The translations under genes and the position numbers were made by a program. From Amphiscolops sp. MND2022 (taxonomy: Eukaryota), in NCBI GenBank assembly GCA_964187785.1, contig OZ076414.1, positions 67,394,001-67,458,000 of the forward strand: DNA of 64,000 nt, given 5' to 3'. Of this stretch, positions 61,449 through 64,000 are shown in pieces (the first letter of the stretch is position 1; each line of letters starts with the position of its first letter). The notes beneath the pieces are model-generated. The model saw nothing but the letters and a program-made list of their open reading frames with translations, did no database searches and was not told the DNA's origin.

Positions 61449-63590
61449 TCATAAAAGAAAGAAGAATATAAACATTTTTTTTACACAAAGCCTATAAAAC
61501 TACATAGACTTTGCTTTGACAGTATATCTTTTGACAATAACTTCTTTTTAGAACACTCTGAAACATCCGTTAGTGGACCAAATAAATCTTCTGAGAGTAA
61601 TTCAGAAAACCCATATCATGATTAAATTAATACTCTGTCACGAACAGAACAATTTGAAGCACTTTTTCAACACAACAAATAGCTGATGAAACATTAAAAC
61701 TCGTTCAACAACAAAATCAAAATACGATTACATTGGACAATACATCAACATTTCCCGATGAAAACACTACTGAAACACATATTTTCACAATCACTACAGA
61801 CTACCACATTTTTTCTTAGTAGGCGCTTTTATTAATGAAAGAGCTCGTCTATTACAGTCACTTCTTTTTGTCTTTCGTTTGAAAAAAGCCTCGAAGCGAA
61901 TAACGTAGATTTTAACGTTCAACTAAATACAGTAGTGGACCGGCAAACGGGGCTCGCATTCAAGATAGTGCAAAGGGCCCCCTTTCACTTACTTCAGTTT
62001 TATTGTTGAAAAATTGGATGAGACCATAGAGTCTCCCCTTTGAGTTCTTTTCGGCACTCTCCGACTTTTTTTTCGAAATTATTTTTGTGTCCAAAGGGCC
62101 CCCTTCAAGTATTTCGATATTTTACGGCAAACTGAAGTTTCAAAAAGCCCAAAGGGTCTCCCCTTTCAAATTTTTCGGCACTATGAGACTGGCTCAAATT
62201 TCTTATCTTTCGATTTTTCGTTTTTTTTTGACAATCTTTTAATGTCACGAAAGGGTCCCCCCTTCACTTTGTTAAATATTTTGCAACATAATAGAACTTT
62301 AACAATCCCAAACGGTCCCCTCTTTTAAATTCTTCGGCACTGAGAGAAAAATCAAATTTGTCATTTTTCGTCTGAAATTATGTTTTCTCAGTATATATCC
62401 ACCAATACTTTTTTCCAAAACTATCCGAAACTTGGACGTAATATCCTGAGTGAAGCGCTATATCCGAATTCTTGACGTTATGTCCGAATAATATTCCGTT
62501 TTACCAAGGAGGTTCGAAAAGCGCTCCCATTTTGGCCAGCACGCTATATCTGAAGTTTGAGACGTTACACCACCAACAACTTGGATTTTCAAAAAACTAA
62601 AAGAGTCCCCCCTTTTACACTTTCAAAAAATTTGCGCATTTTGAGCCTTGGCAATGGCGCTGACTTCAGAAGTTTTCGTCTTGTTGTTCTTACTAGACGA
62701 ATAACTGAAAATAATACTAATTTACTCCATGATGATAATGATAATTTTCCACTTCATAACGAAACATCCACATTAAATACACAAAATAAAACACTTCATC
62801 ACCACAGACATCATAAGCCCGACGACATTAAGAGCCACCTCCAGTAAGATTTGAATGTTTTACAAAAAATACTTCTCATAACTATCCACAACAAGGCTCT
62901 TCAAATACAAACGTCAATATGGCACAAAACGCTGTTCAAACTCAACCTCAACAAATAGATACAACAAGACAAACAGTCCTCATACACCAGCAATGCTCCA
63001 GCTTAAACCTCTTGTACACAACAACCCATTTTCACTGTTAACACGATGCATACAAACACACAATTACAACCTACAACGCCCAGAACAATCTCTAGGCCTC
63101 CATTAACTATCATTCCGAACAATCCATTTTCATAAAACCTAACCAGAACCATTGTGAAGAATACACAACATCAATCTTACTCAACAGTACATCACACAAA
63201 GAACATCTCACTTCCAATGAATTCACTATCCACTTCTCATTAGTCAAACCAGTCAAATCTCACAAAACCGATCAAATACCATAAAAACAAACCCACGTTT
63301 TAACCCAAATGTTACATTACCGCCTTCAAAGACGCAAACATTCCTCCTAAATTAAATAAAAATTATCAAACAGTACCTTCTTCTACGGTACGTCATCCCC
63401 ATGTGTCAAACCCATTATACATAAATTCATCCGCCTCTATATCTGAACCTATTGAACCTTTTGATGGACTAGATTACAAATACACATCTGAAGAATTTCA
63501 GTAACATATTGAAGCACGTGATACTTTTTCATTAGAATGACAACCTTCAACCGAACATGAATATAAATACTAGCACGCTAGACGTATGGC
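61449..63590 (+). repeat. Third copy of the Gypsy ORF1 segment (equivalent to about 54930-56810)
   Basis: Begins ataaaagaaagaagaatataaac after an atc microhomology. Ends at gctagacgtatggct. Keeps about 280 bp that the other two copies lack. Confidence 0.93.
61816..62683 (+). mobile_element. Helentron-like family A element (third duplicated copy)
   Basis: 5' agtaggcgc; 3' ggcgctgacttcagaagttttcgtcttg-tt. Confidence 0.72.
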
Positions 63591-63594
63591 TCTT

Positions 63595-64000
63595 ATACCC
63601 AATACGAATTGATTGGTCATTGTGCAGCGACGCCGCACACAGCGAGACAGAAATCGAGAACAAAAAATTCGCGGCAAAACAACCAATGAAAAACGAGGTA
63701 GAGGGAAGCAAGAAAACAAAGCCACCCATGGCAAAATTAAAAGAAAAGATCAAAAGAAGACAAAAAAACAAAAGGCAAAGAAACGACAAAAGAGACAAGC
63801 AGAAAACTTGGAAACAATAATCGAAATCAAAAGCGGCGACAAAGAGAATATGCAACAAACACACCACAAACCAGAAGTAAAGAACGAAAGAGAACAACAC
63901 GAAGAGACAACTGAAGAATTGCCAAATTCAATGGATGAGCCAGAAATGGCGGAAAGGACAAAACCAGAGAAACTACCACCCAGAAAAACAGTGCAACAAG
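63595..64000 (+). other. A/G-rich segment with Lys/Glu-rich coding bias, probably a fragment of another retroelement
   Basis: Abrupt compositional switch at about 63595, with composition resembling the 29-32 kb Gypsy interior. No diagnostic motif was seen. Confidence 0.35.

Noticed and set aside
1-64000. CRISPR arrays, operons or other prokaryotic systems
   Set aside because: No repeat-spacer arrays were seen; all tandem repeats lack unique spacers. Introns, LTR elements and microsatellites indicate eukaryotic DNA, so the GTG/TTG starts in the ORF track are not meaningful.

Overview
AT-rich eukaryotic genomic DNA, most likely invertebrate. It has spliceosomal introns, three N-gaps and is dominated by repeats. 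The only intact host-like gene is a secreted S1 serine protease (12961-13788), with a frameshifted paralogue fragment at about 6.6-6.9 kb. Retroelements: two full-length Bel/Pao proviruses of one family (14545-21114 on minus; 44145-50605 on plus, TSD ACATT; both with a tRNA-Trp PBS), an internally deleted Ty3/Gypsy provirus (28842-33000, TSD GCAGC), a decayed and triplicated second Gypsy-like element (52.7-63.6 kb), and a 2.7-kb tandem duplication of older Bel/Pao debris (1-5250). Seven short elements in two families have the terminal architecture of Helentron/DINE-1-like non-autonomous elements and share a 3' end CGTCTTG(TT). The most interesting region is about 23.9-42.4 kb, a compact cluster of decayed intron-containing genes: a Tudor-like protein, a RAG1/Transib-like DDE transposase with a C-terminal BRCT-like domain, a KDM2/7-like JmjC domain, a C2H2 zinc-finger protein, and a putative tyrosine-recombinase-like + SET8-like fusion. 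A recurring palindromic motif (CAGCGGAWTCCGCWG) lies in non-coding sequence around and between them. I infer this is the relic of a large DNA mobile element carrying chromatin writer, eraser and reader genes. All domain calls come from motif recognition by eye, with no database searches, and the element termini were not found.
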